Shown here piece after piece: positions 38,625 to 47,870 of a DNA stretch of 64,000 nt; position 1 is the stretch's first letter; every line of letters starts with the position of its first letter. Position numbers and translations under genes: made by a program. The notes beneath the pieces are model-generated. The model worked only from the letters and a program-made list of their open reading frames with translations. It made no database searches and was not told the DNA's origin. The stretch spans positions 10,370-74,369 of the forward strand of contig JBFWWT010000009.1 in the NCBI GenBank assembly GCA_050246035.1. Direction: 5' to 3'. Source of the stretch: Burkholderiales bacterium. GTDB taxonomy: Bacteria; Pseudomonadota; Gammaproteobacteria; Burkholderiales; SG8-39.

Positions 38625-40025
38625 ATGGCGGATCTCGACTGCGACGTCGTCGTGCTCGGCGCGGGGCCCGGCGGATACTCGGCCGCCTTCCGCGCCGCGG
38701 ACCTCGGCCTGAGGACGGTGCTCGTGGAGCGCTACCCGACGCTGGGCGGCGTGTGCCTGAACGTCGGCTGCATTCCCTCGAAGGCGCTGCTGCACACCGC
38801 TGCCGTGATGGACGCGGCGCGCGCGCTCGAGGCGCACGGCATCGCCTTCGGGGAGCCGAAGCTGGACCTCGCGAAGCTGCGCGCGTTCAAGGACAAGGTG
38901 GTGGGCAAGCTCACGGGCGGCCTCGCCACGATGGCGAAGATGCGCAAGGTCACGGTGGTGCAGGGCGTGGGCGCCTTCACCGGCCCGAACGCGCTCGCCG
39001 TGGAGGGCAAGGAGAAGGCGAGCGTGCGCTTCAAGAGCGCGATCGTCGCCGCCGGCTCGCAGGCGGCGAAGCTGCCGTTCCTGCCCGAGGATCCGCGCAT
39101 CGTGGATTCCACCGGCGCGCTGGAGCTGAAGGCGGTGCCCAAGCGCATGCTCGTCATCGGCGGCGGCATCATCGGCCTGGAGATGGGCACGGTGTACTCG
39201 ACGCTCGGCGCGCGCCTCGATGTCGTGGAGATGATGGACGGGCTCATGCTGGGCGCCGACCGGGACCTGGTCGCCGCCTGGCAGAAGTTCAACGCGAAGC
39301 GCTTCGACCGCGTGATGCTGAAGTCGAAGACGACGAAGGCCGCCGTCGCCAAGGATGGGGTTCGCGTGGAAATCGAAGGCCAGGAGCCGAAGACCTACGA
39401 CCTCGTGCTCGTGTCCGTGGGGCGCGTGCCCAATGGCAAGCGAATCGGCGCGGAGAAAGCCGGCATCCGGGCGGACGAGCGCGGCTTCATCCCGGTGGAC
39501 TCGCAGATGCGCACCAACGTGGCGCACATCTACGCCATCGGCGACATCGCGGGCAACCCCATGCTCGCGCACAAGGCGGTGCACGAAGGCCACGTCGCCG
39601 CCGAGGCGGCTGCGGGCATGAAGTCGCACTTCGACGCGCGCGTCGTGCCGTCGGTGGCCTATACGGATCCCGAGATTGCCTGGGTCGGGGTGACCGAGGA
39701 CGAGGCGAAGAAGTCAGGAACCAAGATCGGGGTGGCGAAGTTTCCGTGGTCCGCCTCGGGAAGAGCGATCGCGAACGGGCGCGACGAGGGATTCACCAAG
39801 CTCCTCTTCGACGAGGAAACGCACCGCGTCGTCGGCGGCGGCATCGTCGGCACGGGCGCGGGCGATCTGATCGGCGAGATTGCCCTCGCCATCGAGATGG
39901 GCGCGGACGCGACCGACATCGGCAAGACCATCCATCCGCATCCGACGCTGTCGGAGTCCTTGGGCATGGCCGCGGAGCACTACGAGGGCGTGTGCACGGA
40001 GCTCCTGCCGCGGCGCAAGAAATGA
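38625..40025 (+). CDS. lpdA: Dihydrolipoyl dehydrogenase E3
   Basis: GAGPGGY and redox-active [13 protein letters not shown]. 466 aa with no N-terminal lipoyl domain. Confidence 0.95.
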   Translation: MADLDCDVVVLGAGPGGYSAAFRAADLGLRTVLVERYPTLGGVCLNVGCIPSKALLHTAAVMDAARALEAHGIAFGEPKLDLAKLRAFKDKVVGKLTGGLATMAKMRKVTVVQGVGAFTGPNALAVEGKEKASVRFKSAIVAAGSQAAKLPFLPEDPRIVDSTGALELKAVPKRMLVIGGGIIGLEMGTVYSTLGARLDVVEMMDGLMLGADRDLVAAWQKFNAKRFDRVMLKSKTTKAAVAKDGVRVEIEGQEPKTYDLVLVSVGRVPNGKRIGAEKAGIRADERGFIPVDSQMRTNVAHIYAIGDIAGNPMLAHKAVHEGHVAAEAAAGMKSHFDARVVPSVAYTDPEIAWVGVTEDEAKKSGTKIGVAKFPWSASGRAIANGRDEGFTKLLFDEETHRVVGGGIVGTGAGDLIGEIALAIEMGADATDIGKTIHPHPTLSESLGMAAEHYEGVCTELLPRRKK

Positions 40026-40687
40026 CCCAGGACGAGCTGAAGAAGCAGGTCGCGCGCGCGGCGCTCAAGTGCGTGGTGGAAGACGCCATCGTCGGCGTCG
40101 GTTCGGGCTCGACGGTGGACCACTTCATCGACGCGCTGGCCGGCATGAAGGGGCGCATCGAGGGGGCGGTGGCCGCGTCCGAGCGAAGCGCGGAACGGCT
40201 GAAGAGGCACGGCATCCACGTGTTCGACCTGAACGCGGTCGACGAGCTGCCCGTGTACATCGACGGCGCCGACGAAGTGACCGAGCACCTTTACATGATC
40301 AAGGGCGGGGGCGGCGCGCTCACGCGGGAGAAGATCGTCGCGGCGGTGGCGAAGACGTTCGTGTGCATTTGCGACGCCTCGAAGCTCGTGCCTGTGCTCG
40401 GCAAGTTTCCATTGCCCGTCGAGGTGATCCCGATGGCGCGCAGCCACGTCGGGCGCGAGCTGCGCAGGCTCGGCGGGCATCCGGAGCTGCGCCAGGGCTT
40501 CACCACCGACAACGGCAACGTGGTGATCGACTGCCACGGCCTCGCCATCACCGACCCGCCGAGGCTGGAAGCCGAGCTGAACAACATCGCCGGCGCGGTG
40601 ACGAACGGCTTGTTCGCGCGGCGCGCGGCGGACCTTCTGCTCCTTGGCGCGCCCGAGGGCGTGAGGACGCTCAAGGCAAAGGCCTAG
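40022..40687 (+). CDS. rpiA: Ribose-5-phosphate isomerase A
   Basis: The ATG overlaps the lpd stop (ATGA). GVGSGST, DGADE and KGGGGA motifs. Confidence 0.9.
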   Translation: MTQDELKKQVARAALKCVVEDAIVGVGSGSTVDHFIDALAGMKGRIEGAVAASERSAERLKRHGIHVFDLNAVDELPVYIDGADEVTEHLYMIKGGGGALTREKIVAAVAKTFVCICDASKLVPVLGKFPLPVEVIPMARSHVGRELRRLGGHPELRQGFTTDNGNVVIDCHGLAITDPPRLEAELNNIAGAVTNGLFARRAADLLLLGAPEGVRTLKAKA

Positions 40688-40690
40688 GGC

Positions 40691-41524
40691 TTGTCGCCGA
40701 ACCGCTCGCTCCGGCTGTGCGCGGCGCTGCTCGCGTGGGCGGGGCTCGCCGCTGCGCAGGACCCGGGCCCGGTGTACGAGGCGCCCTATGTTCCGTCGCC
40801 GATGTCCACGGTGGACGAGATGCTGCGGCTTGCCGAGGTCGGCCCGGAGGACGTCGTCTACGACCTCGGCGCGGGCGACGGGCGGGTGGTGATCTCGGCC
40901 GCGGCGAAGTTCGGCGCGCGCGGCGTCGGCGTGGAGATCGATGGCGAGCTGGTCGCGATGGCGCGCGCCGCCGCCGCGCGCGCGGGCGTGACCGACCGCG
41001 TGCGCTTCCTGCAGCAGGACCTGTTCAAGACCGACCTGCGCGAGGCAACGGTGGTGGCGCTCTATCTCGCGCCCAACTTCAACCTGCAGCTGCGCCCGGC
41101 GCTGCTCGCGCTGCCTCCGGGCACGCGCATCGTCTCGCACTCCTCCGGCATGGGCGACTGGCATCCCGACCGGCAGACCGCGATCCGCAAGGACGTGCTG
41201 CTGTGGATCGTGCCGGCGAGCGTGGCCGGGCGCTGGAGCGCGCGCATCGGCGAAGGACCGGGGGCGCGATTGCTGGAGCTCGAGTTCGCGCAGCGCTACC
41301 AGGGCGTGAGCGCCTCGGCGGTGCTCGACGGCGCGCCGACGCACGTCTGGGAGGCGAAGCTGCAGGGCGACCGATTGAGCTTCGTGCTCGTCGAAGGCCA
41401 CGGCACCGAGCGCGAGGCCGGGCTCTACTTCGAGGGTCGTGTCGCAGGCCGTGTCATGGAGGGCACGGTCACCCGGGGCGTGGGTGACATGCGCGAAGCC
41501 CTGCCCTGGCGAGCCGGGCGCTGA
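40691..41524 (+). CDS. Class I SAM-dependent methyltransferase with N-terminal signal peptide and extra C-terminal domain
   Basis: TTG start. LRLCAALLAWAGLAAAQ, then VYDLGAGDGRVV (motif I) and an approximately 110-aa beta-rich tail. Confidence 0.7.
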   Translation: MSPNRSLRLCAALLAWAGLAAAQDPGPVYEAPYVPSPMSTVDEMLRLAEVGPEDVVYDLGAGDGRVVISAAAKFGARGVGVEIDGELVAMARAAAARAGVTDRVRFLQQDLFKTDLREATVVALYLAPNFNLQLRPALLALPPGTRIVSHSSGMGDWHPDRQTAIRKDVLLWIVPASVAGRWSARIGEGPGARLLELEFAQRYQGVSASAVLDGAPTHVWEAKLQGDRLSFVLVEGHGTEREAGLYFEGRVAGRVMEGTVTRGVGDMREALPWRAGR

Positions 41525-41570
41525 ATCGGCGTAACATCCCTGTCACATCAAGGCGATAGGCTGCCCGACC

Positions 41571-42269
41571 ATGCCCGAACATACCTCCAAGCAATTCGAC
41601 GCCGAGCTCGAGGCCGTGCGCTCGCGCGTGCTGCAGATGGGCGGCCTGGTCGAGGAGCAGATCGTGCGCGCCATGGACGCCCTGGCGGATGGCGACATGC
41701 CGGCGATCGAGAAGGTGATCGCCGACGACCACCGCGTGAACGCGATGGAGGTCGAGCTCGACGAGCTGTGCAGCCACATCATCGCGCGCCGCCAGCCCGC
41801 CGCGGTGGACCTGAGGTTGCTCATCACCGTGATCAAGACCATCACCGACCTCGAGCGCATCGGCGACGAGGCCGAGAAGATCGGGCGCATGGCCAAGCTC
41901 ATCCACTCCGCCGGCCGCCAGCACCTGCCGCGCCTGGACCTCTCGCACATGGCCGACCGGGCGCTCGCCATGCTGCGCCAGTCGCTCGACGCGTTCGCGC
42001 GCCTCGACGTGACCGAGGCGATGCGCGTCGTGAAGCAGGACCACGAGGTGGACGACGCCTTCCGCGCCATCATGCGCCAGCTGATCACCTTCATGATGGA
42101 AGACCCGCGCACCATCACGCGCTCGCTGGAGATCCTCTTCGTCGCCAAGGCGATCGAGCGCATCGGCGACCACTCGAAGAACATGGCCGAGTACGTGATC
42201 TACATGGTCAAAGGCCGCGACGTGCGCCACACCTCCATCGAGGAGGTGGAGAAGGAAATACTGCAGTAA
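41571..42269 (+). CDS. phoU: Phosphate signalling complex protein PhoU
   Basis: 232 aa with two PhoU repeats (DLERIGDEAEKI / AIERIGDHSKNM). Confidence 0.9.
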   Translation: MPEHTSKQFDAELEAVRSRVLQMGGLVEEQIVRAMDALADGDMPAIEKVIADDHRVNAMEVELDELCSHIIARRQPAAVDLRLLITVIKTITDLERIGDEAEKIGRMAKLIHSAGRQHLPRLDLSHMADRALAMLRQSLDAFARLDVTEAMRVVKQDHEVDDAFRAIMRQLITFMMEDPRTITRSLEILFVAKAIERIGDHSKNMAEYVIYMVKGRDVRHTSIEEVEKEILQ

Positions 42270-42341
42270 TTGGGGACGGACCTCAATTAGCGCTGGCGGC
42301 AGCCGCCGCCAATGCTAATTGAGGTCCGTCCCCAATTACTG
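42264..42341. repeat. 78-nt near-perfect palindrome (28-nt perfect arms plus a 7-bp inner stem)
   Basis: CAGTAATTGGGGACGGACCTCAATTAGC ... GCTAATTGAGGTCCGTCCCCAATTACTG. The centre is TGGCGGC-agcc-GCCGCCA. Each arm contains the last codon and TAA stop of phoU or yggX. Confidence 0.9.
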
Positions 42342-42608
42342 TTTCGGCGGCACGTAGCCGGACGCGATGTCGGCGCCCTCGCCGAAGAAGTGCTTTTCCA
42401 TCTGCTCGGCGAGGTACTTGCGCGCGCGCGGGTCCGCGAGGTTCAGGCGGTTCTCGTTCACCAGCATGGTCTGGTGACGGATCCACTGCTGCCAGGCTTC
42501 CTTCGACACGTTCTCGAAGATGCGCTTGCCCAGCTCGCCCGGGTAGGGGGGGAAGTCGAGCCCCTCGGCCTCGCGGCCGAGCTTGATGCATTTCACCGTT
42601 CTCGCCAT
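42336..42608 (-). CDS. yggX: Fe(2+)-trafficking / oxidative-damage protection protein
   Basis: 90 aa, [32 protein letters not shown]... Close to E. coli YggX as I recall it. Confidence 0.9.
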   Translation of the reverse strand: MARTVKCIKLGREAEGLDFPPYPGELGKRIFENVSKEAWQQWIRHQTMLVNENRLNLADPRARKYLAEQMEKHFFGEGADIASGYVPPKQ

Positions 42609-42614
42609 GGGGTC

Positions 42615-43931
42615 TTAGATCCGCTTGAGGAACACCTTGGAGCCGCGCTTCCAATTATAGAGCGCCTGCCGCTCCTGCGGCAGCGCCGAGGGCGCCGCGG
42701 GCTTGAAGCCCTGCTCGAGGAACCAGTGCTCGGCGCGCGTGGTGAGCGCGAACAGCCGCCGCATCTTCTGCTGCCGCGCGCGCCATTCGCAGGCGCGCAG
42801 CAGCTGCTCGCCGAGGCCGCTGTCGCGCGCCCCCGGCGCGACGGCCAGGCACGCGAGCTCGCCGCTCTTCTCGGGTAGCGGATAGAGCGCGGCGCAACCG
42901 AGCAGCGCGCCGTCGTGCTCCAGGACGACGAAGTTCGCGATCTCGCGCTCCAGGCGCTCGCGGCCGCGCTTGACCAGCGTGCCGTCGGCCTCCAGCGGCT
43001 CGATGAGGGCGAGGATGCCGCCGACGTCCTGGATGCTCGCCTCGCGCATGCGCTGCATGGGCTCCGCGGTGATCATGGTGCCGACGCCGGAGTGGGTGAA
43101 GAGCTCGAGCAGCGCCGCCCCCGGCGTGCGCCGCGAGAGCAGATGCGCGCGGCCCACGCCGGCCTTCAGCGCGTCGAGCGCATGGCGCAGCGCGCGCGTG
43201 GTGTTCGGACCGAGGTCGGACTTCTTGAGCAGCGCCTCGGCCTCGCGCGCCGTGAGCTCGCCGATCGCCGCGCCCTTGCGGTCGGCGGGCAGGCGGTCGA
43301 CGAAGAGCAGCAGCTTGTCGGCGCGCAGCGCGGTGGCCACGTTTTGCGCGACGTCCTCCCAGGAAAGGTTGAACACCTCGCCGGTGGGCGAGTAGCCGAT
43401 GTGCGGCACGAGCACGACTTCGCCCGCCTGCAGCCGCCGGTGCATCGCCTCGGCGTCGACCTTGCGCACGAGGCCCGTGAACTGGTAGTCGACGCCGTCC
43501 AGCACGCCGATCGGCTGCGCGGCGATGTAATTGCCGGAGGCGACGCGGATCTCGGCGCCCGCCATGGGCGAGCTCGGCAGCCCCTGGGAGAGCAGCGCCT
43601 CGATCTCCACGCGCAGCGCGCCCGCAGCGTGCTTCACCGCCGTCATGGCCGCCGGATCCGTCACGCGCACGCCCTTGACGTAGCGCGAGCGCAGGCCTTT
43701 CGCCTTCAGCTCGGCCTCGATCTGCGGGCGCGCGCCGTGCACGAGCACGAGGCGGATGTCGAGCGCGGCGAGCAGGTTCACGTCCTGGATGAACTGGGCG
43801 AAGCGCACGCGCTCGGCGATCAGCTCGCCGCCGAAGCCGATGACGAAGGTGCGCCCGCCGAAGGCGTGCAGGTAGGGCGCGGTCTGGCGGAACCAGCGGA
43901 CGAAGTCTTCGGGCGACGGCGGCGTGCTCAT
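42615..43931 (-). CDS. argA: Amino-acid N-acetyltransferase (N-acetylglutamate synthase)
   Basis: ATG at 43931. Amino-acid-kinase fold plus a C-terminal GNAT domain, collinear with E. coli ArgA. Confidence 0.9.
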   Translation of the reverse strand: MSTPPSPEDFVRWFRQTAPYLHAFGGRTFVIGFGGELIAERVRFAQFIQDVNLLAALDIRLVLVHGARPQIEAELKAKGLRSRYVKGVRVTDPAAMTAVKHAAGALRVEIEALLSQGLPSSPMAGAEIRVASGNYIAAQPIGVLDGVDYQFTGLVRKVDAEAMHRRLQAGEVVLVPHIGYSPTGEVFNLSWEDVAQNVATALRADKLLLFVDRLPADRKGAAIGELTAREAEALLKKSDLGPNTTRALRHALDALKAGVGRAHLLSRRTPGAALLELFTHSGVGTMITAEPMQRMREASIQDVGGILALIEPLEADGTLVKRGRERLEREIANFVVLEHDGALLGCAALYPLPEKSGELACLAVAPGARDSGLGEQLLRACEWRARQQKMRRLFALTTRAEHWFLEQGFKPAAPSALPQERQALYNWKRGSKVFLKRI

Positions 43932-43954
43932 CGCGGGCGATTCTAAGGCAAGGC

Positions 43955-44713
43955 TCAGAAATCGCCCGCGAGCGCGTTGAGCGCGGCGAGCGCGGCGAGC
44001 GCCGCGGTCTCGGTGCGCAGCACGCGGGGGCCGAGCCGCACCGGCTCGTAGCCTGCCGCGATCAGCATCGCCTCCTCGTCGGCGGTGAACCCGGCCTCGG
44101 GCCCGGCCGCGAGCGTCACGGGCGCCTCGATCCTGGCCGCGCGCAGCCCCCGCGCCGCGAGCGGCGACAGGAGCAGGCGCGAGCCCGCGCGGGCGTCCTG
44201 GCGGCAGTGCTCCGCGAGCGGCACCACGGGATGCACCGCCGGCACTCGATTGCGGCCGCATTGCTCGCAGGCCGCGATCACCACGCGCTGCCAGTGCGCG
44301 CGTCTGGCGGCCGCGCGCTCGCCGGCGAGTCGCCCGAGCGAGCGCGCCGCAATCACCGGCTGCAGCGCGGCGACGCCGAGCTCGGTCGCCTTCTGCACCG
44401 TGAAGTCCATCTTCTCGCCCGCGGACACGCCCTGCACGAGCGTGACCGCGAGCGGCGACTCGCGCTCGATCCCGCGGTACTCGAGCAGCGCCACGCGCAC
44501 GCGCCGGCGTTCCGCGGCCGCGATGCGCCCGGCGAACTCGCCGCCACGCCCGTTGAACAGCATGATGTCCCCGCCGGCGCGCAGACGCAGCACGTGCACG
44601 GCGTGGTGCGCGGCCTCGTCGGGGAGGATCAGCTCATCGCCCACGGCGAGCGGCGCGTCCACGAAGAAGCGCGCAACGCGCGCGGTCTTTTCCGGCATAC
44701 TCGGATTCTGCAT
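43955..44713 (-). CDS. rsmE: 16S rRNA (uracil1498-N3)-methyltransferase
   Basis: RFFVD..., GRGGEF, and C-terminal LGPRVLRTETAA. Alternative ATG at 44698. Confidence 0.8.
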   Translation of the reverse strand: MQNPSMPEKTARVARFFVDAPLAVGDELILPDEAAHHAVHVLRLRAGGDIMLFNGRGGEFAGRIAAAERRRVRVALLEYRGIERESPLAVTLVQGVSAGEKMDFTVQKATELGVAALQPVIAARSLGRLAGERAAARRAHWQRVVIAACEQCGRNRVPAVHPVVPLAEHCRQDARAGSRLLLSPLAARGLRAARIEAPVTLAAGPEAGFTADEEAMLIAAGYEPVRLGPRVLRTETAALAALAALNALAGDF

Positions 44714-45056
44714 GAAGCATCCCTGGCATGCGACGCCGCGCGACGCGCAGGCCGCGCCGATTCCCGAAGGACGGCGCTCGGCCGGGATCCTGCGCAACGG
44801 CAGCCTCGAAGTGCGCTGGTACGCGCCGCGCGGCACCGACCCGCAGACGCCGCACGAGCGCGACGAGCTGTACGTCGTGGCGAGCGGGCGCGCGGAGTTC
44901 GTGCGCGGCGCCGAGCGCGTGGCGGCGGGACCGGGAGACGTGCTCTTCGTGCCCGCGGGCATGGCGCACCGCTTCGAAGGCATGAGCGGGGACTTCGCCG
45001 CCTGGGTCGTCTTCTACGGGCCCGCCGGCGGCGAGCGCGACAACCCCTTCGTCTAG
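44712..45056 (+). CDS. Small cupin-domain protein
   Basis: 114 aa. PHERDELYVVASGRAEF...GDVLFVPAGMAHRF, the two cupin motifs. Confidence 0.65.
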   Translation: MKHPWHATPRDAQAAPIPEGRRSAGILRNGSLEVRWYAPRGTDPQTPHERDELYVVASGRAEFVRGAERVAAGPGDVLFVPAGMAHRFEGMSGDFAAWVVFYGPAGGERDNPFV

Positions 45057-45814
45057 AGCACTGGCAGGCAGGCGCGTGCGCCGTCGAGCGCCGCGATGCG
45101 CACGTCCACGCCGTAGACCTCGCGCAGGTTCGGCGCGGTGATGACCTCGTCGGGCGTGCCCTGGCGGAACGCGCCGCCGTGCGCGAGGAGCAGCACGCGG
45201 CCCGCGGCGAGGAAGGCCTGCCCCGGGTCGTGCGTGGAGAAGACCACGGCGTAGCCCTCGGCCGCGAGGCGCCGGATTTCGCGCAGCACGCGCACCTGGT
45301 TGCCGAAGTCGAGGCTCGCGGTGGGCTCGTCGAGCACGAGCAGGCGCGCCCCCTGCGCGAGCGCGCGCGCGATCAGCGCGAGCTGACGCTCGCCGCCGGA
45401 GAGCTCGGTGACCACGCGCTCGGCGAGCGCGCCGATGCCGAGCGCCGCGATGGCCTCCTCGGCCGCCGCGCGGTCCGCGGACCCGGGCGCGGCGAACAGG
45501 CCCACGTGCGCCGTGCGTCCCATGAGCACCGCCTCGCGCACCGTGAAGGCGAACTGCGCCGCGCTGCCCTGCGGCACGTAGCCCATGCGCCGCGCGACCT
45601 CGGCGCGCGGCAGCGTCGCGAGCGGCGCGCCCTGCAGCCGCACTTCGCCCGCCTGCGCGGGCAGCAGCCCCAGCAGGGTGCGAAAGAGCGTCGTCTTGCC
45701 GCCGCCGTTCGGCCCGAGCACGCAGAGCACTTCGCCCGCGCCGAGCGCGAGGTCGAGCCCGCGCCCCACCGCGCGCGCGGGATAGCCGTAGCCCAGGCCG
45801 CGTGTTTCGAGCAT
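45053..45814 (-). CDS. ABC transporter ATPase, FepC/BtuD/FecE-like
   Basis: ATG at 45814. GPNGGGKTT, LSGGERQ, LVLDEPTASLD. Confidence 0.85.
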   Translation of the reverse strand: MLETRGLGYGYPARAVGRGLDLALGAGEVLCVLGPNGGGKTTLFRTLLGLLPAQAGEVRLQGAPLATLPRAEVARRMGYVPQGSAAQFAFTVREAVLMGRTAHVGLFAAPGSADRAAAEEAIAALGIGALAERVVTELSGGERQLALIARALAQGARLLVLDEPTASLDFGNQVRVLREIRRLAAEGYAVVFSTHDPGQAFLAAGRVLLLAHGGAFRQGTPDEVITAPNLREVYGVDVRIAALDGARACLPVL

Positions 45815-46827
45815 TACTGCCACGCGCGCCTCGCGGAGGCGAAGATCCAGAGGAAGAAGGGCGTGCCGACGAGCGCCGTGAGCACCCCCGGCGGCACCTC
45901 GATCGGCGCCACGGTGCGGGCGAGCGTGTCGACGGCCAGCAGGAAGGCCGCGCCGAGGAGCATCGCGAGCGGCAGCAGGCGCGAGAACTCCGGGCCGACG
46001 AGCATGCGCGCCGCGTGCGGGATGAGCAGGCCCACCCAGCCGATGATCCCCGAGATCGCCACGGCCGAGGCGGTCATCAGCGTCGCCGCGCACACCACGG
46101 CGAGGCGCAGCCGCCCCACCGAGATGCCCAGCGCGCGCGCCTCGTCGTCGGCGAGCGAAAGCAGGTTCATGCGCCAGCGCAGCAGGTACAGCGGCACGAG
46201 CCCCGCGAGCGCGAAGGGCGCGGCGAGCGCGAGATCGCGCGGCGACACCGCGGCGAGACTGCCCATCAGCCAGTAGGTGATCGCCGGCAGCTGGTTGTAG
46301 GGATCGGCGAGATACTTGATGAGCGCGATGAGCGCGCCGAGGAGCGTGCCCAGCACGATGCCCGCGAGGATGAGCGAGAGGATGGGGTCGTGGCGGCGCA
46401 CGCTCGCGCCCACCGCGTAGACCAGGCCGACCGCGGCGAGCCCGCCGGCGAAGGCCGCGAGCTGGATGACGAGGGCGCTCTGCGAGAAGAAGATGCCGAG
46501 CACTGCGCCGAGCGCCGCGCCCGCGGAGACGCCGAGAATGTCGGGCGAGACGAGCGGATTGCGGAACATGCCCTGGTACGCCGTGCCCGCGGCCGCGAGC
46601 GCGCCGCCGACGAGGAGCGCGGCGAGGATGCGCGGCCCGCGCACCTGCAGGACCACCGTCTCGGCCGTGGGGGCGATGTCGTAGCTCGCGCCGAAGAGGT
46701 GATTGGCGAGCAGCGCCGCGAGCTCGCCCGCGGACACCGGAAACCGGCCGAGCCCGAGCGCAGCGAGCGTGAGCAGCGCGAGGCCCGCCGTGGCGAGCGC
46801 GTAGGCGGCGGCCGAGCGCGCCGTCAT
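45814..46827 (-). CDS. FecCD/BtuC-family ABC permease (type II importer)
   Basis: ATG at 46827. 337 aa, about 9-10 TM segments. FRNPLVSPDILGVSAGA and IGWVGLLIPH are blocks typical of FecCD. Confidence 0.85.
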   Translation of the reverse strand: MTARSAAAYALATAGLALLTLAALGLGRFPVSAGELAALLANHLFGASYDIAPTAETVVLQVRGPRILAALLVGGALAAAGTAYQGMFRNPLVSPDILGVSAGAALGAVLGIFFSQSALVIQLAAFAGGLAAVGLVYAVGASVRRHDPILSLILAGIVLGTLLGALIALIKYLADPYNQLPAITYWLMGSLAAVSPRDLALAAPFALAGLVPLYLLRWRMNLLSLADDEARALGISVGRLRLAVVCAATLMTASAVAISGIIGWVGLLIPHAARMLVGPEFSRLLPLAMLLGAAFLLAVDTLARTVAPIEVPPGVLTALVGTPFFLWIFASARRAWQ

Positions 46828-47870
46828 CGCGGACCGACCCCCGCCTCGCCGAGGAGCGCATCGAGCTGCGCCTCGCTCGGCCGGCGGTGATAGAAGCGCT
46901 CGTAGAACTCCGCGGCCGTCGCGCGCAGGTCCTCGGGGAAGCGCGCGGGGTAGAGAAGCTTGCCCGCCCAGTACAGGCCGACGATGCGATTCGCCCCCGG
47001 CGGGAAGTCGAACCAGCCGAAGGGCAGGTGCGGCGAGAGGTGCACGCGCTTCGTGCGGACCGCGGCCACGGCAGCCCAGCGCGCGTCGCGCCACACCTCG
47101 CGGTAGAAGTTGGGATCGTTGGTGAAGATCACCTCCGGATCCCAGGCGAGCACCTGCTCGAGCGAAACCGTGGCGAGACCGCCGCGCGTCTCGCCGGCGA
47201 CGTTGCGCGCGCCGAGATACTCCATGACCTGGACGTTGATCGAGCCGCCCAGGCCGGTGACGAGGCCGTGCGGGCCGCGCGCGTAGTAGGCGCGCGGGCG
47301 CGCGGACGCCGGCACGCTCGCGACGCGCGCGGCCACCTCGGCGAGCGCGCGCTCGCAGTACTCGGCGAGGCGCTCGGCGGCGGCCTGGTCGCCCATGGCG
47401 TGGCCGAGCGCGCGCAGCGTCTCGGGAATGGCCTCGAAGCGCCCGTCGAGGAGGAGGTACGGCAGCCCGGTCTGCTGCTGCACGCGGTCGGCGAGCGAGA
47501 CGAACACCGGCGCGGTCGCGCCGACGTCCACGACGAGGTCGGGCCGCGCCTTGAGAAGGACCTCGACGTTCGCGGTGTTGCCGCGACCGGTGAGCCGGCC
47601 GAGCTCGGGGAGACTCGCGTACTTCTCGGGAAAGAAGCGCGCCTCGTCCGGGCGCATGGCGCGCGTCCAGCCGATGAGCTTGTCGGGGTTGATGGCGTAG
47701 ACCAGGATGGAGGCGGGCGGCCCCGCGGCGTAGACGCGCCCGACGCGCTCGGGCACGACGACGTAGCGCCCGGCGCTGTCGAGCATCTCGCGCTGCGCGA
47801 GCGCAGGTGAAACGGCGAGCGCGAGGGCGGCGAGCGCCGCCGCGGTCACATGGTCGCGCCGACGACCCAA
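46824..47870 (-). CDS. Periplasmic binding protein of the siderophore/cobalamin class (type II ABC importers)
   Basis: TTG at 47870 gives MGRRRDHVTAAALAALALAVSPALA. The alternative GTG at 47849 overlaps the upstream stop as GTGA. The two-lobe PBP sequence ends in LPFGWFDFPP. Confidence 0.75.
   Translation of the reverse strand: MGRRRDHVTAAALAALALAVSPALAQREMLDSAGRYVVVPERVGRVYAAGPPASILVYAINPDKLIGWTRAMRPDEARFFPEKYASLPELGRLTGRGNTANVEVLLKARPDLVVDVGATAPVFVSLADRVQQQTGLPYLLLDGRFEAIPETLRALGHAMGDQAAAERLAEYCERALAEVAARVASVPASARPRAYYARGPHGLVTGLGGSINVQVMEYLGARNVAGETRGGLATVSLEQVLAWDPEVIFTNDPNFYREVWRDARWAAVAAVRTKRVHLSPHLPFGWFDFPPGANRIVGLYWAGKLLYPARFPEDLRATAAEFYERFYHRRPSEAQLDALLGEAGVGPR

Noticed and set aside
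41525-41570. A possible Pho box (CTGTCAC) upstream of phoU.
   Set aside because: Only one 7-mer resembles CTGTCAT. The position 11 bp upstream matches 3 of 7. That is too weak to call.
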